This document shows positions 36,962-48,317 of a DNA stretch of 64,000 nucleotides, in pieces. Every line of letters starts with the position of its first letter. Position 1 is the first letter of the stretch. The notes below the pieces were generated by a model. That model searched no databases, was not told the DNA's origin, and was given only the letters and a program-made list of their open reading frames with translations. The DNA comes from Flavobacteriaceae bacterium (GTDB lineage Bacteria > Bacteroidota > Bacteroidia > Flavobacteriales > Flavobacteriaceae): contig CATFEX010000046.1 of the NCBI GenBank assembly GCA_949511625.1, forward strand, positions 42,651 through 106,650, written 5' to 3'. The position numbers and the translations under genes are program-made.

Positions 36962-38262
36962 GATTGCATCAAATAACTCTTGAGATCTTCATAGTTTTGA
37001 ATTTCTTGACTCAGTTTTTCTTTTGTCATTAGCTTTTGAATACTCTTGGGGAGGGGTACCTCTGTACTCAATGTGGATTCCACTACATCAAGAAACTTAA
37101 CGGGATGGGCTGTCTCCAGAAACACGCCATAATGCGGAGTATCTTTTTCATTGAGATAGTCTTTAAGTCCTAAATAACCAACGGCTCCGTGTGGATCTGC
37201 GATGTATTGATAATTTTTATAAAGTTCTTCGATTGCCTTTTTTGTTTCTGCATCCGAATAACTAAAACCACTTAGAATTTTTTTTAAAAGTGTCAAATCA
37301 TTATTGACAATTTTTTGGATTCGAATAAAATTTGATGGATTTCCAACATCCATTGCATTGGAGAGGGTTGGGATGGTTTTTTTTGGCTCATATACCCCTG
37401 TATTAAGGTAGTTGATTACAGCATCATTGCGATTATTTGCGGCAATGAAATGGTCAATACCTAAGCCCATTTTTTGGGCCATCATACCCGCACAGATATT
37501 TCCAAAATTACCACTTGGAACAGAAAAGACTAGTTTTTCATTTCGTTCTTGAAGTGCTCGAACAGCAATGAAGTAATAGAACATTTGTGGTAACCAACGC
37601 GCTATATTGATTGAGTTGGCAGAAGTAAGGGGACGCACTTTTTTGATTTGATCGTCTAAAAAAGCGGTCTTAACCATGTCTTGACAATCATCGAAAACCC
37701 CTTCTACCTCGAGGGCGCGTATGTTTTGTCCTTGTGTAGTTAATTGTTTTTCTTGGATGTTACTCACTTTACCTTTGGGATAAAGAATCACTACATCAAT
37801 TCCTTGAACACCGAGAAAACCATCGGCGACAGCACCACCAGTATCTCCAGAAGTGGCCACCAATACGGTAAGTTGTTCTTGTTTTTGTGAATTGAAATAG
37901 CCCAAACAACGCGCCATAAAGCGAGCTCCTACGTCTTTGAATGCTAGGGTGGGTCCATGAAATAATTCCAAAGCTCCGATTTGATTGTTTAGGTGGGCAA
38001 TAGGAAAATCAAAACTGAGGGTTTCTTCTACAATTTGAAAAAGCTTTTCCTCAGGGATATGATTTCCAATAAAAGGATGGATGGCTTCAAAACAGATATC
38101 GGGAATACTGTGTGCGGCTAAATTTCGAAGCCATTGCGAATCCAATTGTGGGATGTGTTCAGGAAAATACAAACCCCGGTCGGGAGCCAAACCTGATCGG
38201 ACAGCCGTGGGAAAATTAGTAGCAACAGAATTGTAGTTGAGGCTAGAGTATTTCATCAACAT
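36958..38262 (-). CDS. thrC: threonine synthase
   Basis: PLP-lysine motif 'GPTLAFKDVG' and 'ATSGDTGGA', 434 aa. It lies in a thrA-thrB-thrC operon. Confidence 0.92.
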   Translation of the reverse strand: MLMKYSSLNYNSVATNFPTAVRSGLAPDRGLYFPEHIPQLDSQWLRNLAAHSIPDICFEAIHPFIGNHIPEEKLFQIVEETLSFDFPIAHLNNQIGALELFHGPTLAFKDVGARFMARCLGYFNSQKQEQLTVLVATSGDTGGAVADGFLGVQGIDVVILYPKGKVSNIQEKQLTTQGQNIRALEVEGVFDDCQDMVKTAFLDDQIKKVRPLTSANSINIARWLPQMFYYFIAVRALQERNEKLVFSVPSGNFGNICAGMMAQKMGLGIDHFIAANNRNDAVINYLNTGVYEPKKTIPTLSNAMDVGNPSNFIRIQKIVNNDLTLLKKILSGFSYSDAETKKAIEELYKNYQYIADPHGAVGYLGLKDYLNEKDTPHYGVFLETAHPVKFLDVVESTLSTEVPLPKSIQKLMTKEKLSQEIQNYEDLKSYLMQS

Positions 38263-39181
38263 TCATTGTGAGTGTTCCTTGTGAATTGATAGCTGAAACA
38301 AAAGCATCGAACGGTATCGAAGTCGCTTGCATAACGTGTGCCATGGCGTTTGCTGTTTTTTGTGCTGTTTCTTTTCCTTGGGTGAGCGCAAATACAGAAG
38401 GTCCAGAACCAGAAATCCCAGCTCCCAATGCCCCTGCATCAAGAGCAGCTTGTTTTATTTCCCCGAAGTGTGGTATTAAAGGAGCTCTTTTGGGCTCTAC
38501 CAATAAATCCTCAAGACTTCGAGAAATCAAATTATAATCTGCACTGTAGAGCCCACTAACTAGGGCCCCCAAATTAGCGGATTGTTGAATACTATCCTTA
38601 AAAGCTACGGTTTTGCTTAGAACCTTTCTAGCCTCTGCGGTTTTGAGCTCAATATGAGGATGTATCACAGCCGCATAGAGTTCAGGAGGGGAGGGAATGC
38701 TAGCGATATCCATCGGATCGAGAGATCGAACGAGTGTAAATCCACCCAGTAATGCGGGTGCAATATTGTCTGCGTGTGCAGCTTGACTGGCAAGCATTTC
38801 CCCTTCTAGCGCAAAAGGCAGTAGGTCTCTTTTTGATAGCCCTAAGCCCATTAATTCATTTAAGGCATAAACAATACCCACGGCACTGGCAGAACTGCTC
38901 CCTATACCGCTTCCGGGTTTTATTCCTTTGGTCAGTGTAATTTCAAACCCACAATTTGCAGGATATTGATTCAACAACGCTTGCGCAGCAACTCCAGCGA
39001 CATTTTTTTTGGGATCGAGAGGTAATTCTTGACCAATAATTTCTTTAAACTGAATCCCTTTTTCATCTGTTTTTTTTATATGAAAAACATCTCCAACGGT
39101 CTCAAGGCAAAAGCCAAGGGCATCAAAACCGCAAGAAACATTGGCAACACTAGCAGGAGCAAAAACAGTAATTTGGTCCAT
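38243..39181 (-). CDS. thrB: homoserine kinase
   Basis: GHMP kinase motif 'KPGSGIGSSSASAV' and N-terminal 'VFAPASVANVSCGFD'. The ATG at 39181 is the likely start. Confidence 0.9.
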   Translation of the reverse strand: MDQITVFAPASVANVSCGFDALGFCLETVGDVFHIKKTDEKGIQFKEIIGQELPLDPKKNVAGVAAQALLNQYPANCGFEITLTKGIKPGSGIGSSSASAVGIVYALNELMGLGLSKRDLLPFALEGEMLASQAAHADNIAPALLGGFTLVRSLDPMDIASIPSPPELYAAVIHPHIELKTAEARKVLSKTVAFKDSIQQSANLGALVSGLYSADYNLISRSLEDLLVEPKRAPLIPHFGEIKQAALDAGALGAGISGSGPSVFALTQGKETAQKTANAMAHVMQATSIPFDAFVSAINSQGTLTMNVDEIL

Positions 39182-39185
39182 AGAT

Positions 39186-41633
39186 TTATTGCTTTCCGAT
39201 TCGAATGATGTCTGCAAAAATGCCTGATGCCGTCACATCAGCTCCAGCTCCAGCCCCTTTTACAATCAAAGGCTGTTGGGAATATCGATTAGTATAGAAT
39301 AAAATAATATTATCACTTCCTTCAAGATTATAAAAATCGTGCCCCCGGGAGATTTGTTGAAGACCAACAGACGCTTTACCCTTTTCTAATTGAGCAACAT
39401 ATTTCAGCTTGGAATCGTTTTTTTCAGCGGCTTGCAATAGCTCTTCAAAATGATTTTGATTTGCCTCAAGACTGGCAAAGAAGGATTCATTGTCCTTTGT
39501 TTTTAAACATTCTTCCGGTAAAAAAGAATTGTTTACGATGTCTTCTAGTTCGATACGCAACCCACTCTCACGCGCAAGAATCAATATTTTACGAGCAACA
39601 TCAACGCCGCTTAAATCAATTTTTGGATCAGGCTCTGTATAGCCCTCTTCTTTGGCCTGCTGTACCACAGACACAAAGGTGTTGTCTGAAGTGTAATTGT
39701 TAAAAACAAAATTGAGGCTTCCAGAAAGTACCGCTTGTATTTTTACTACTTGATCTCCTGAAGCGATTAAATTATTAAGGGTGTCGATAATAGGTAAACC
39801 AGCACCCACATTGGTTTCAAATAGAAAGGGACTGTTGAATCGTCGTGCCGTTTTTTTGAGGTGAAGGTAGTTATCGAGCTGATCGGCACAAGCAATTTTA
39901 TTACAAGTGACTACTCCCATACTGTTGGCCAAGTACTGCCCGTATTCCATAGCAATGTCTTCACTGGCTGTATTGTCAACAAATATGGTATTTCGAAGAT
40001 TGAGTGCTTTTGCATTTTCAAAAAAGGCTTTTCGATCGGAAGGAGTGCCCCCCTGATCCAATTGACTCCTCCATTCAGACAATGAGATGGGTAGGCTACT
40101 TAGTAACATTTTTCTCGAGTTGGATAGAGCCATTACTCGTATTTTTAAGCGCAGGTTGCTTTCGAGATATTCAGTCTGTTGATTAATTTGTTCCAATAAT
40201 TTACTCCCCACATTTCCTACCCCCGTGATGAAAAGATTAAGTTGCTTTATTTGTGATTCAAAAAAGCTTTCATGAAGTGTATTTAAGGCCTTCTGTGTAT
40301 TTTTGTCATCGATAATAATGGATATATTTCGCTCTGAAGCCCCCTGAGCAATAGCACGGATGTTAATATTATTGGCACCTAAACTGCTAAATAGTTTCCC
40401 GCTAATTCCTTGGTGTTCTTTCATTTTCTCACCGACCACAGCTATATTTACAAGATCTAATTCTAAACGCACAGGATAGACTTTATTGAGGGCTATTTCA
40501 AAAGCGAAGTGGTCATCAATTGCTATTTTGGCTCTTTTTGCATCCGAAGCCTTGACACCCAAACAAATAGAGTGTTCCGAAGAGGCTTGAGTAATCATTA
40601 TGATATTGATGTTTTCCGAAGAAAGAGTTTCAAAAAGCCGCTTTGAGAAACCAGGTATCCCTACCATTCCACTCCCCTCTAGGCTTACCAATGCTACCGC
40701 ATCGATATGACTGATTCCTTTGACAATTTGGCCGTTTGTGGTACTTGATTCATTGTGAATCAAAGTGCCAATGTCCTCAGGCTTAAATGTATTTTTGATG
40801 TAGGTAGGAATATTTTTTTCTACTAGGGGTTGAAGGGTTGGGGGATAGATTACTTTGGCGCCAAAATGAGATAATTCCATAGCCTCGTAATAGGTGAGTT
40901 TAGGAATTGGTTGGGCTTGAGCAACCAGTTTGGGGTTCGCTGTGTACATGCCGCTGACATCTGTCCATATTTCTAGTGACTGGGCATCTAGAACATGGGC
41001 CAAGATGGCAGCTGAAAAATCGGAGCCTCCTCGTCCAAGGGTAGTCAATTCTCCAGATTCATTCCCTGCTATATATCCAGAAACCAAGTGAATGGATTCC
41101 TTTGTTGCTTCAAAATGATGATCTGTTTGTTGCTTTGATTTTTCAAAGTCAACAACAATTTTACCGTTTTTTGTTTGGGTTGCGATCAGTTGAGTTGGAT
41201 TGTGTAGGTGATGATCAATCCCCATTTCGGTAAAGAATGCACTGATTAATTTAGCTGAAAGTATTTCACCTAAAGAAGAAACTTTGGAAAGCGTTCGTTC
41301 AGTTATTTCTTCGAGTTGAAAAACCGATTGAAGAAGATTTTCTAGTTGAATCAATTTGTCATCTAAAAAGGTAATGATGTTACTTTGGTCCTTTTTAGCT
41401 AAGTAGGATTCAACAGGCTCCATATGGCGTTGTCGAATTGTGTCTATACCATCCAAGTAGCTACTGTCTTTTTTCGCTGCCTGCTCTAAAAGATCGATGA
41501 GTAGATTGGTGATCCCGCCAAGTGCTGAAACAACAACAACCGTTTTCTGTTTTTGTGACTTTACAATGGAAATGACAGATTGTAGACTTTCGGCGTTAGC
41601 TACAGAAGTTCCTCCAAATTTTAAAATCTTCAT
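39186..41633 (-). CDS. thrA: bifunctional aspartate kinase / homoserine dehydrogenase
   Basis: 'MKILKFGGTSVAN', ACT domains, and a C-terminal homoserine dehydrogenase with 'FITGVGNVGS'. 815 aa. Confidence 0.93.
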   Translation of the reverse strand: MKILKFGGTSVANAESLQSVISIVKSQKQKTVVVVSALGGITNLLIDLLEQAAKKDSSYLDGIDTIRQRHMEPVESYLAKKDQSNIITFLDDKLIQLENLLQSVFQLEEITERTLSKVSSLGEILSAKLISAFFTEMGIDHHLHNPTQLIATQTKNGKIVVDFEKSKQQTDHHFEATKESIHLVSGYIAGNESGELTTLGRGGSDFSAAILAHVLDAQSLEIWTDVSGMYTANPKLVAQAQPIPKLTYYEAMELSHFGAKVIYPPTLQPLVEKNIPTYIKNTFKPEDIGTLIHNESSTTNGQIVKGISHIDAVALVSLEGSGMVGIPGFSKRLFETLSSENINIIMITQASSEHSICLGVKASDAKRAKIAIDDHFAFEIALNKVYPVRLELDLVNIAVVGEKMKEHQGISGKLFSSLGANNINIRAIAQGASERNISIIIDDKNTQKALNTLHESFFESQIKQLNLFITGVGNVGSKLLEQINQQTEYLESNLRLKIRVMALSNSRKMLLSSLPISLSEWRSQLDQGGTPSDRKAFFENAKALNLRNTIFVDNTASEDIAMEYGQYLANSMGVVTCNKIACADQLDNYLHLKKTARRFNSPFLFETNVGAGLPIIDTLNNLIASGDQVVKIQAVLSGSLNFVFNNYTSDNTFVSVVQQAKEEGYTEPDPKIDLSGVDVARKILILARESGLRIELEDIVNNSFLPEECLKTKDNESFFASLEANQNHFEELLQAAEKNDSKLKYVAQLEKGKASVGLQQISRGHDFYNLEGSDNIILFYTNRYSQQPLIVKGAGAGADVTASGIFADIIRIGKQ

Positions 41634-41714
41634 AAAAAAAATCTACGAAGCCGCTTGTGGGATTCATTTTTCTTCCGCAAAAATAGTATAAGTAGCGCAG
41701 GCAGGAAACAATTT

Positions 41715-41756
41715 GTATAAAAAAGAAAAGCAGGATTAGTATAAGCAAACCCTGCT
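41715..41756 (-). terminator. Rho-independent terminator after clpC
   Basis: The minus strand forms AGCAGGGUU...AAUCCUGCU (about 9 bp including one G-U) followed by UUUCUUUUUU. Confidence 0.5.
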
Positions 41757-41779
41757 ATGACTTTTAAAGATCGTTCTCA

Positions 41780-44332
41780 CTAAACAGCAGGAACCTTTTC
41801 AATTTTTAATTGGAGTTCTTCTTTATTGTCTTTATCTGTGTCGATACTGATGCTGTCTCCGTCTTTTATGGTATTAGAGACTACATTTTCCGCAATCAAA
41901 TCTTCAATATATTTTTGGATAGCACGATTCAAGGGGCGTGCTCCGTATTTTTGATCATATCCTTTTTCAGCAATAAACTCTTTGGCCTTGTTGGATATTT
42001 TTACTTGATACCCCAATTTTTCAATTCGTAAAATTAATTTTGATAATTCTAAGTCAACAATTTGACGCAAAGATTTCTTGCCCAAAGCATTGAATATAAC
42101 AATGTCATCGATTCGATTTAAAAACTCTGGCGAAAATGTTTTCTTAAGTTCTCTATTAATGATCCCTTTTTCTACATCATCCGACTGGGATTTTGTGGCT
42201 GCGGTTTCGAATCCTACACCAGTACCAAAATCTTTTAATTGTCGGGCTCCAATATTCGACGTCATAATAATGATCGTATTTTGGAAATTCACTTTTCGTC
42301 CCAAACTATCCGTTAAAAAACCATCATCCAATACTTGCAAAAGCATGTTAAACACATCGGGATGTGCTTTTTCAACCTCATCTAATAAAATGACTGAATA
42401 CGGTCTTCTCCGCACTTTCTCACTCAACTGGCCACCCTCTTCGTAGCCAACGTAGCCTGGAGGAGCACCAATTAGTCTAGAAATAGCAAACTTCTCCATA
42501 TACTCACTCATATCGATACGGATCAAGTTTTCTTCTGAATCAAAAATCTCGGTAGCAAGAATTTTGGCCAATTGGGTTTTCCCAACTCCTGTTTGTCCTA
42601 AAAAGATAAAAGATCCGATGGGTCGATCTGGACTTTTCAGCCCAGCTCTGTTTCGTTGAATGGCTTTGACTACTTTTTCAACAGCTTCCTCTTGACCGAC
42701 AACTTTAGAACCAATAACATCGGTGAGAAGTGCCAATTTGTTTTTTTCTGATTTAACAATCTTGTTGACAGGGATGTTTGTCATCATGGATACCACATCA
42801 GCAATATGGGTGTCATTGACAGTGACTCTATTTTGCTTGGAATCTTCATGCCATCTTTCTTGCGCTTCAATCAACTGCCGTTCCACTCTTTTTTCATCAT
42901 CGCGAAGCTTGGCTGCTTCTTCATATTTTTGTTTTTTGACAACTGAATTTTTGAGTTCACGTACTTTTTCCAATTCTTCTTCCAATTGGATGACTTCTTT
43001 GGGTACATTCATATTTTTTATATGAACTCGTGATCCTGCTTCGTCAAGAGCATCGATGGCTTTGTCTGGCAGGAAGCGGTCGGACATGTATCGATCGGTT
43101 AATTCTACACAAGCTTTTAGAGCTTCATCGGTATAAGCGACATTGTGATGGTTTTCATAACGCTCTTTTATGTTTCTAAGAATTTCAAGAGTTTCTTCTG
43201 CGTTGGTTTCCTCCACCAAAATCTTTTGAAAGCGTCTTTCAAGGGCACCATCTTTTTCAATATTTTGTCGGTACTCATCAAGGGTCGTTGCCCCGATGCA
43301 TTGAATTTCACCGCGTGCAAGTGCAGGTTTAAACATATTGGATGCATCCAGACTACCGGTGGCTCCACCAGCCCCAACGATGGTGTGAATTTCATCGATG
43401 AAAAGAATGATGTTATCGTTTTTCTCCAACTCATTCATAACCGCTTTCATTCGCTCTTCGAACTGACCGCGGTATTTAGTTCCTGCTACAAGACTCGCGA
43501 GGTCTAGAGTAATGACTCTTTTGTTGTACAGGACTCGGGAAACTTTCTTTTGAATAATACGAAGGGCAAGGCCTTCTGCAATCGCAGATTTACCGACTCC
43601 AGGTTCTCCAATAAGCAATGGGTTGTTTTTCTTTCTGCGACTTAATATTTGTGAAACACGTTCAATTTCTTTCTCTCGTCCAACTACGGGATCGAGCTTG
43701 TCTTGTTCTGCCAAGGCGGTAACGTCTCTTCCAAAATTGTCTAATACCGGAGTTTTGGAACTTTTAGACGATCGACTTTCAGAGGTAGGGACAAATGGAT
43801 TTTCTTTGGAAGAACCGGTTTCATCGTCCTCTTTTTCATCAGGGAAAGAGGAGGATTCAGGTATATCCATATAGTTGGAATCTTCGCTGGCAAACATCAA
43901 TTTGAATTGTTCTTTGACCGTGTCATAATCAACATCTAGATTGGAGAGTAGTTTGGTGGTGGGATCGTTTTCATTACGAAGAATACACAAAAGCAGGTGA
44001 GCCGTATTAATAAGATCACTTTGAAATAACTTCGCCTCAAGAAATGTCGTTTTAAGCGCTCTTTCCGCCTGTCGAGTGAGGTGTAAGTTTTTTTTGTTGT
44101 TAAGGGCATTGCCATTTTCTAATACCGCAGGGTTGAGAATCTCAACTTTACGTCTCAATTCTTCTAAGTCAATATCAATTGCATTGAGAATTGATATAGC
44201 TTTTCCTTCTCCATCTCGTAAAATCCCAAGCATGAGATGTTCCGTCCCAATAAAGTTGTGTCCAAGGCGGAGTGCCTCTTCTTTACTGAAAGTTATTACA
44301 TCCTTGACTCTTGGTGAAAAATTATCATCCAT
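41780..44332 (-). CDS. clpC: ATP-dependent Clp protease ATP-binding subunit ClpC (Clp/Hsp100, two AAA+ modules)
   Basis: Clp_N repeats, 'GEPGVGKSAI', 'ILFIDEIHT' and a second Walker A 'GQTGVGKTQLA'. The ATG at 44332 (MDDNFSPRV) is the likely start. Confidence 0.95.
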   Translation of the reverse strand: MDDNFSPRVKDVITFSKEEALRLGHNFIGTEHLMLGILRDGEGKAISILNAIDIDLEELRRKVEILNPAVLENGNALNNKKNLHLTRQAERALKTTFLEAKLFQSDLINTAHLLLCILRNENDPTTKLLSNLDVDYDTVKEQFKLMFASEDSNYMDIPESSSFPDEKEDDETGSSKENPFVPTSESRSSKSSKTPVLDNFGRDVTALAEQDKLDPVVGREKEIERVSQILSRRKKNNPLLIGEPGVGKSAIAEGLALRIIQKKVSRVLYNKRVITLDLASLVAGTKYRGQFEERMKAVMNELEKNDNIILFIDEIHTIVGAGGATGSLDASNMFKPALARGEIQCIGATTLDEYRQNIEKDGALERRFQKILVEETNAEETLEILRNIKERYENHHNVAYTDEALKACVELTDRYMSDRFLPDKAIDALDEAGSRVHIKNMNVPKEVIQLEEELEKVRELKNSVVKKQKYEEAAKLRDDEKRVERQLIEAQERWHEDSKQNRVTVNDTHIADVVSMMTNIPVNKIVKSEKNKLALLTDVIGSKVVGQEEAVEKVVKAIQRNRAGLKSPDRPIGSFIFLGQTGVGKTQLAKILATEIFDSEENLIRIDMSEYMEKFAISRLIGAPPGYVGYEEGGQLSEKVRRRPYSVILLDEVEKAHPDVFNMLLQVLDDGFLTDSLGRKVNFQNTIIIMTSNIGARQLKDFGTGVGFETAATKSQSDDVEKGIINRELKKTFSPEFLNRIDDIVIFNALGKKSLRQIVDLELSKLILRIEKLGYQVKISNKAKEFIAEKGYDQKYGARPLNRAIQKYIEDLIAENVVSNTIKDGDSISIDTDKDNKEELQLKIEKVPAV

Positions 44333-44451
44333 ACATCCTGATTTAGTGACAACACTTACAAAAAGCATTCCAGCTCATTATTGCAAAGCTAATTGACAAA
44401 AAAAAACAACAAATTCAAAGCTTATTAGATTAAAAATTATTAAATATTTTA

Positions 44452-44470
44452 TGTGGATAAATGTTGATAA
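44452..44470 (+). promoter_or_regulatory. two adjacent DnaA-box sequences (TGTGGATAA a TGTTGATAA)
   Basis: 44452-44460 is the exact reverse complement of the consensus TTATCCACA. 44462-44470 differs at one position. They sit in the clpC/gyrA divergent intergenic region, 84 nt upstream of the gyrA ATG. Confidence 0.4.
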
Positions 44471-44553
44471 ATCGGCCATAAAAAGTAGCGTATGAACGTT
44501 AAAAAAGCCTGTATAAATGCTATTTTAGCTCAATTCGTTAAATTTTAAGGTTT

Positions 44554-47049
44554 ATGAATGAAGGTGAAAAGCTAATCCCTATAAATATTGAGGATGAGAT
44601 GAAGTCCGCATACATAGATTATTCTATGTCTGTCATTGTGTCACGTGCTCTGCCCGATGTGAGAGATGGATTCAAACCCGTGCATCGCCGTGTTTTGTTT
44701 GGAATGCATGAATTGGGAATTCGTGCCAATACAGCCTACAAGAAATCGGCTCGAATCGTAGGAGAGGTATTGGGAAAATACCACCCCCACGGTGACAGTT
44801 CTGTATATGACACAATGGTGCGTATGGCACAAGAATGGTCTCTTCGCTATCTTTTAGTGGATGGGCAAGGAAATTATGGTTCTGTCGACGGGGATAGTCC
44901 AGCAGCCATGCGATATACCGAAGCCCGAATGCAAAAAATATCGGAAGATATGATGGCCGATATTGAAAAAGATACCGTTGAGCATCAGCTGAATTTTGAC
45001 GACTCACTCAAAGAACCCACAGTGCTTCCCACGCGAATCCCCAATCTATTGGTCAATGGAGCATCAGGAATCGCGGTTGGGATGGCCACCAATATGCCTC
45101 CGCACAACTTAACCGAAGTGGTTGATGGAATAGTACAATATATCGATGACGACGCCATCACCATCGAAACTTTGATGCAAACCATCAAGGCTCCAGATTT
45201 TCCAACTGGGGGAACCATCTATGGTTACGAGGGCGTAAGGGAAGCTTTTCTCACTGGACGCGGAAGAGTTGTCCTTCGAGCAAAAGCGATCATCGAAGAA
45301 GTTAATGGACGGGAATGTATCATTGTTACAGAAATCCCCTACCAAGTGAACAAGGCCGACATGATTCGAAAGACGGCCGAGATGGTAAACGACAAAAAAA
45401 TTGAAGGCATAAGTAATATCCGTGACGAATCGGACCGGAAAGGAATGCGAATTGTCTACATCCTTAAAAGAGATGCCATTCCCAACATTGTCCTCAATAA
45501 GCTTTACAAGTTTACCGCTCTTCAATCTTCTTTTTCAGTCAATAATATTGCACTGGTCAACGGTCGACCAGAATTATTGAATCTAAAACAAATGATTCAT
45601 CATTTTGTGGAGCATCGTCATGAGGTTGTGGTTCGCAGAACTCAATTTGAATTGAAAAAGGCAGAGGAACGGGCTCACATACTGGAAGGTCTCATTATCG
45701 CATCTGATAATATTGATGAAGTAATCCGATTGATTCGGGCCTCTGGCAATGCGGATGAAGCGCGACAGAAACTAATCGAGACCTTTAAGCTCAGTGAATT
45801 GCAAGCCAAAGCCATCGTGGAAATGCGTTTGCGTCAACTGACTGGCTTAGAGCAAGACAAGCTACGATCCGAATACGATGCTCTGGTCACAACTATTGCT
45901 GACTTGAAGGATATTCTAGAAAAGAAAGATCGGAGAATGGCCATCATCAAAGAAGAATTATTGGAAGTGAAACAGAAATACGGAGACGAACGTCGTTCGG
46001 TTATTGAATATGCCGGAGGGAATTTCCGTATCGAAGACATGATTCCTGATGAAAAAGTAGTTATTACTATTTCACACGCAGGCTATATCAAGCGAACTTC
46101 CCTCTCAGAATATAAAACTCAGAATAGAGGAGGGGTAGGGCAAAAGGCTTCTACCACTCGTAATGAGGATTTTTTGGAGCACATTTTTGTAGGGACGAAT
46201 CACCAATACATGTTGTTCTTCACTCAAAAAGGAAAATGTTTTTGGATGCGTGTTTATGAAATTCCAGAAGGTTCCAGAACCGCCAAAGGCCGCGCCATTC
46301 AAAATCTGATTAATATTGAACAGGACGATAAGGTCAAGGCGTTTATTTGTACCCAAGACCTAAAGGATGAGGATTACATCAACAGTCACTTTGTCATTAT
46401 GGCGACCAAAAAGGGGCAAGTAAAAAAGACATCTTTAGAGCAATACTCGCGTCCACGCGCAAATGGAATCAATGCAATCACGATCAAAGAAGGCGATGAA
46501 TTATTGGAAGCTAAACTCACCAATGGCAATAGCCAAATACTATTGGCGGGGCGTTCTGGAAAGGCCATTCGTTTTGAAGAAAGCAAAACACGCCCTATGG
46601 GTCGGGGGGCTTCTGGAGTTCGTGGGATCACCCTAGCAGGACCAGAGGATGAAGTAATCGGTATGGTGTCGGTAAACGATATGGACAGCAACATTTTGGT
46701 GGTGTCAGAAAACGGATATGGGAAGCGATCCGATCTTGAAGATTATCGTATCACAAACCGGGGTGGTAAGGGGGTCAAAACCATTTCAATCACTGAAAAA
46801 ACAGGACAGCTTGTCGCTTTAAAAAATGTTTCTGATGAAGATGATCTAATGATTATCAATAAATCAGGGATTGCCATTCGTATGTCTGTTTCAGATTTGC
46901 GCGTAATGGGTAGAGCCACGCAGGGGGTTCGCTTGATCAATCTCAAAGACAACGACTCCATTGCCGCAGTGGCTAAAGTGATGCCTGACGACGAATCCAT
47001 TGAAGATGTTAAAGACTTGGATGTCAACGATGGCACTGTTATTGAATAG
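44554..47049 (+). CDS. gyrA: DNA gyrase subunit A
   Basis: '[27 protein letters not shown]', QRDR '[10 protein letters not shown]' and active-site '[10 protein letters not shown]'. 831 aa. Confidence 0.98.
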   Translation: MNEGEKLIPINIEDEMKSAYIDYSMSVIVSRALPDVRDGFKPVHRRVLFGMHELGIRANTAYKKSARIVGEVLGKYHPHGDSSVYDTMVRMAQEWSLRYLLVDGQGNYGSVDGDSPAAMRYTEARMQKISEDMMADIEKDTVEHQLNFDDSLKEPTVLPTRIPNLLVNGASGIAVGMATNMPPHNLTEVVDGIVQYIDDDAITIETLMQTIKAPDFPTGGTIYGYEGVREAFLTGRGRVVLRAKAIIEEVNGRECIIVTEIPYQVNKADMIRKTAEMVNDKKIEGISNIRDESDRKGMRIVYILKRDAIPNIVLNKLYKFTALQSSFSVNNIALVNGRPELLNLKQMIHHFVEHRHEVVVRRTQFELKKAEERAHILEGLIIASDNIDEVIRLIRASGNADEARQKLIETFKLSELQAKAIVEMRLRQLTGLEQDKLRSEYDALVTTIADLKDILEKKDRRMAIIKEELLEVKQKYGDERRSVIEYAGGNFRIEDMIPDEKVVITISHAGYIKRTSLSEYKTQNRGGVGQKASTTRNEDFLEHIFVGTNHQYMLFFTQKGKCFWMRVYEIPEGSRTAKGRAIQNLINIEQDDKVKAFICTQDLKDEDYINSHFVIMATKKGQVKKTSLEQYSRPRANGINAITIKEGDELLEAKLTNGNSQILLAGRSGKAIRFEESKTRPMGRGASGVRGITLAGPEDEVIGMVSVNDMDSNILVVSENGYGKRSDLEDYRITNRGGKGVKTISITEKTGQLVALKNVSDEDDLMIINKSGIAIRMSVSDLRVMGRATQGVRLINLKDNDSIAAVAKVMPDDESIEDVKDLDVNDGTVIE

Positions 47050-47075
47050 AAAAATTAAATCAAATTTAAATTCCA

Positions 47076-48296
47076 ATGAAAAAAACCATAATTATCTTTT
47101 TGGGTATGGTTTCGACCCTAGGGTTTGCCCAAAAAAAAGAATTAAAAAAAGCTGAAAAACTATTTGCTTCTGGGGATACTGCTGGGGCGAACGCAATGTT
47201 AAATGACAATGCATCCTTGTTCGAAGCCGCCGATGAAAAAACAACGGCATCCTACCAGTTTTTACAAGCAAAAATCGCCCAAGCCACTCAGGACTTCCAG
47301 ACGGCTATGGATATGTATACCGCCCTAAAGGATGATAGTCGTTTGAAAGCTGGAGTTGCTGAACAACTTCAAAAACTTCAAAACGAATTGGTGAATGCTG
47401 CCATTGAAGACAATGAAAAGGAAGACTATATGGCTTCAGCCACGAAATTATTCATGGCCTACCAAATCAATCCTGAAAATGGTAAAGATTATCTCTATTA
47501 TGCGGCATCCAATAGTGTTAATGGTCAATTCTACGACAAGGCCTTGGAATACTATTTTCTTTTGAAAGAGATTAAATACACAGGTGTTACTACCAAGTAT
47601 CTGGTTACAGAAGTAGCAACAAATGAAGAACTAGAAGTCACCGAGGTGGAGTTCAATATTTATAAAAAATCGAAGGATTATATCAATCCTCGAGAAGAAG
47701 TGTCTGAATCCAAATATCCTGAAATTGTTAAGAATATTGCTTTGATCTATGCCCAACAGGGAAAAAATGAAGAAGCGATTGCAGCGGTTCAGGAAGCAAG
47801 AAACGAGAGCCCAGACGATCTAAACTTAATTTTGACTGAAGCTGATCTCTATATTAAATTGGGAGAAAAGGAAAAGTTTAAAGAACTCATTGGGATAGCT
47901 ATTGAACAAGACCCTAACAATGCCAATTTATATTTCAACCTAGGGGTAGTGAATAATGAGTTGGGTGAAAAAGAAGCGGCCCGCTCATTTTACGAAAAAG
48001 CCATTGCATTGGATCCCAAATTCGAATCGGCTTATCTCAATTTAGTTTCTTTAATTTTAGAAGGAGAAAGCGCTATTGTAGAAGAGATGAATAGCTTGGG
48101 AACTACTCGTGCCGACAACGTTCGATATGAAATCTTAAAAAAGAGTAGAGAATCTTTATATACAGAATGCATTCCGATTTTACGAGGACTCATTGAAAAA
48201 GTTGGAAATCAGGAAGCGATTAAGACTTTGATGAATATCTATGGGACACTAGGTGATACAGAAGGATATAAAGAGATGAAGGCACTTCAGGAATAA
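47076..48296 (+). CDS. tetratricopeptide-repeat protein, secreted
   Basis: Signal peptide plus several TPR units (e.g. 'NLYFNLGVVNNELGEKEAARSFYEKAIALDP'). Confidence 0.7.
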   Translation: MKKTIIIFLGMVSTLGFAQKKELKKAEKLFASGDTAGANAMLNDNASLFEAADEKTTASYQFLQAKIAQATQDFQTAMDMYTALKDDSRLKAGVAEQLQKLQNELVNAAIEDNEKEDYMASATKLFMAYQINPENGKDYLYYAASNSVNGQFYDKALEYYFLLKEIKYTGVTTKYLVTEVATNEELEVTEVEFNIYKKSKDYINPREEVSESKYPEIVKNIALIYAQQGKNEEAIAAVQEARNESPDDLNLILTEADLYIKLGEKEKFKELIGIAIEQDPNNANLYFNLGVVNNELGEKEAARSFYEKAIALDPKFESAYLNLVSLILEGESAIVEEMNSLGTTRADNVRYEILKKSRESLYTECIPILRGLIEKVGNQEAIKTLMNIYGTLGDTEGYKEMKALQE

Positions 48297-48317
48297 CGAT
48301 TATTTCAAATCTCATTT

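Noticed and set aside
41596-41667. Small upstream ORF (MNPTSGFVDFFYEDLKIWRNFCS) in the thrA leader, considered as a thr-operon attenuator leader peptide.
   Set aside because: It has no run of Thr/Ile codons and overlaps the thrA start out of frame. I could not find alternative terminator/antiterminator hairpins. The only strong hairpin nearby (41729-41756) is the clpC terminator.
41810-47076. Numerous 60-140-aa ORFs on the strand opposite clpC (41810-44396, plus strand) and opposite gyrA (44641-47076, minus strand).
   Set aside because: All are nested in or antisense to long genes with unmistakable family motifs. Their compositions are typical of antisense frames and I recognise no motifs. 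The same applies to the other short nested ORFs in the track (inside recN, fabI, lpd, msrB, lon, rpsA, ppk1, thrA, the BNR gene and others).
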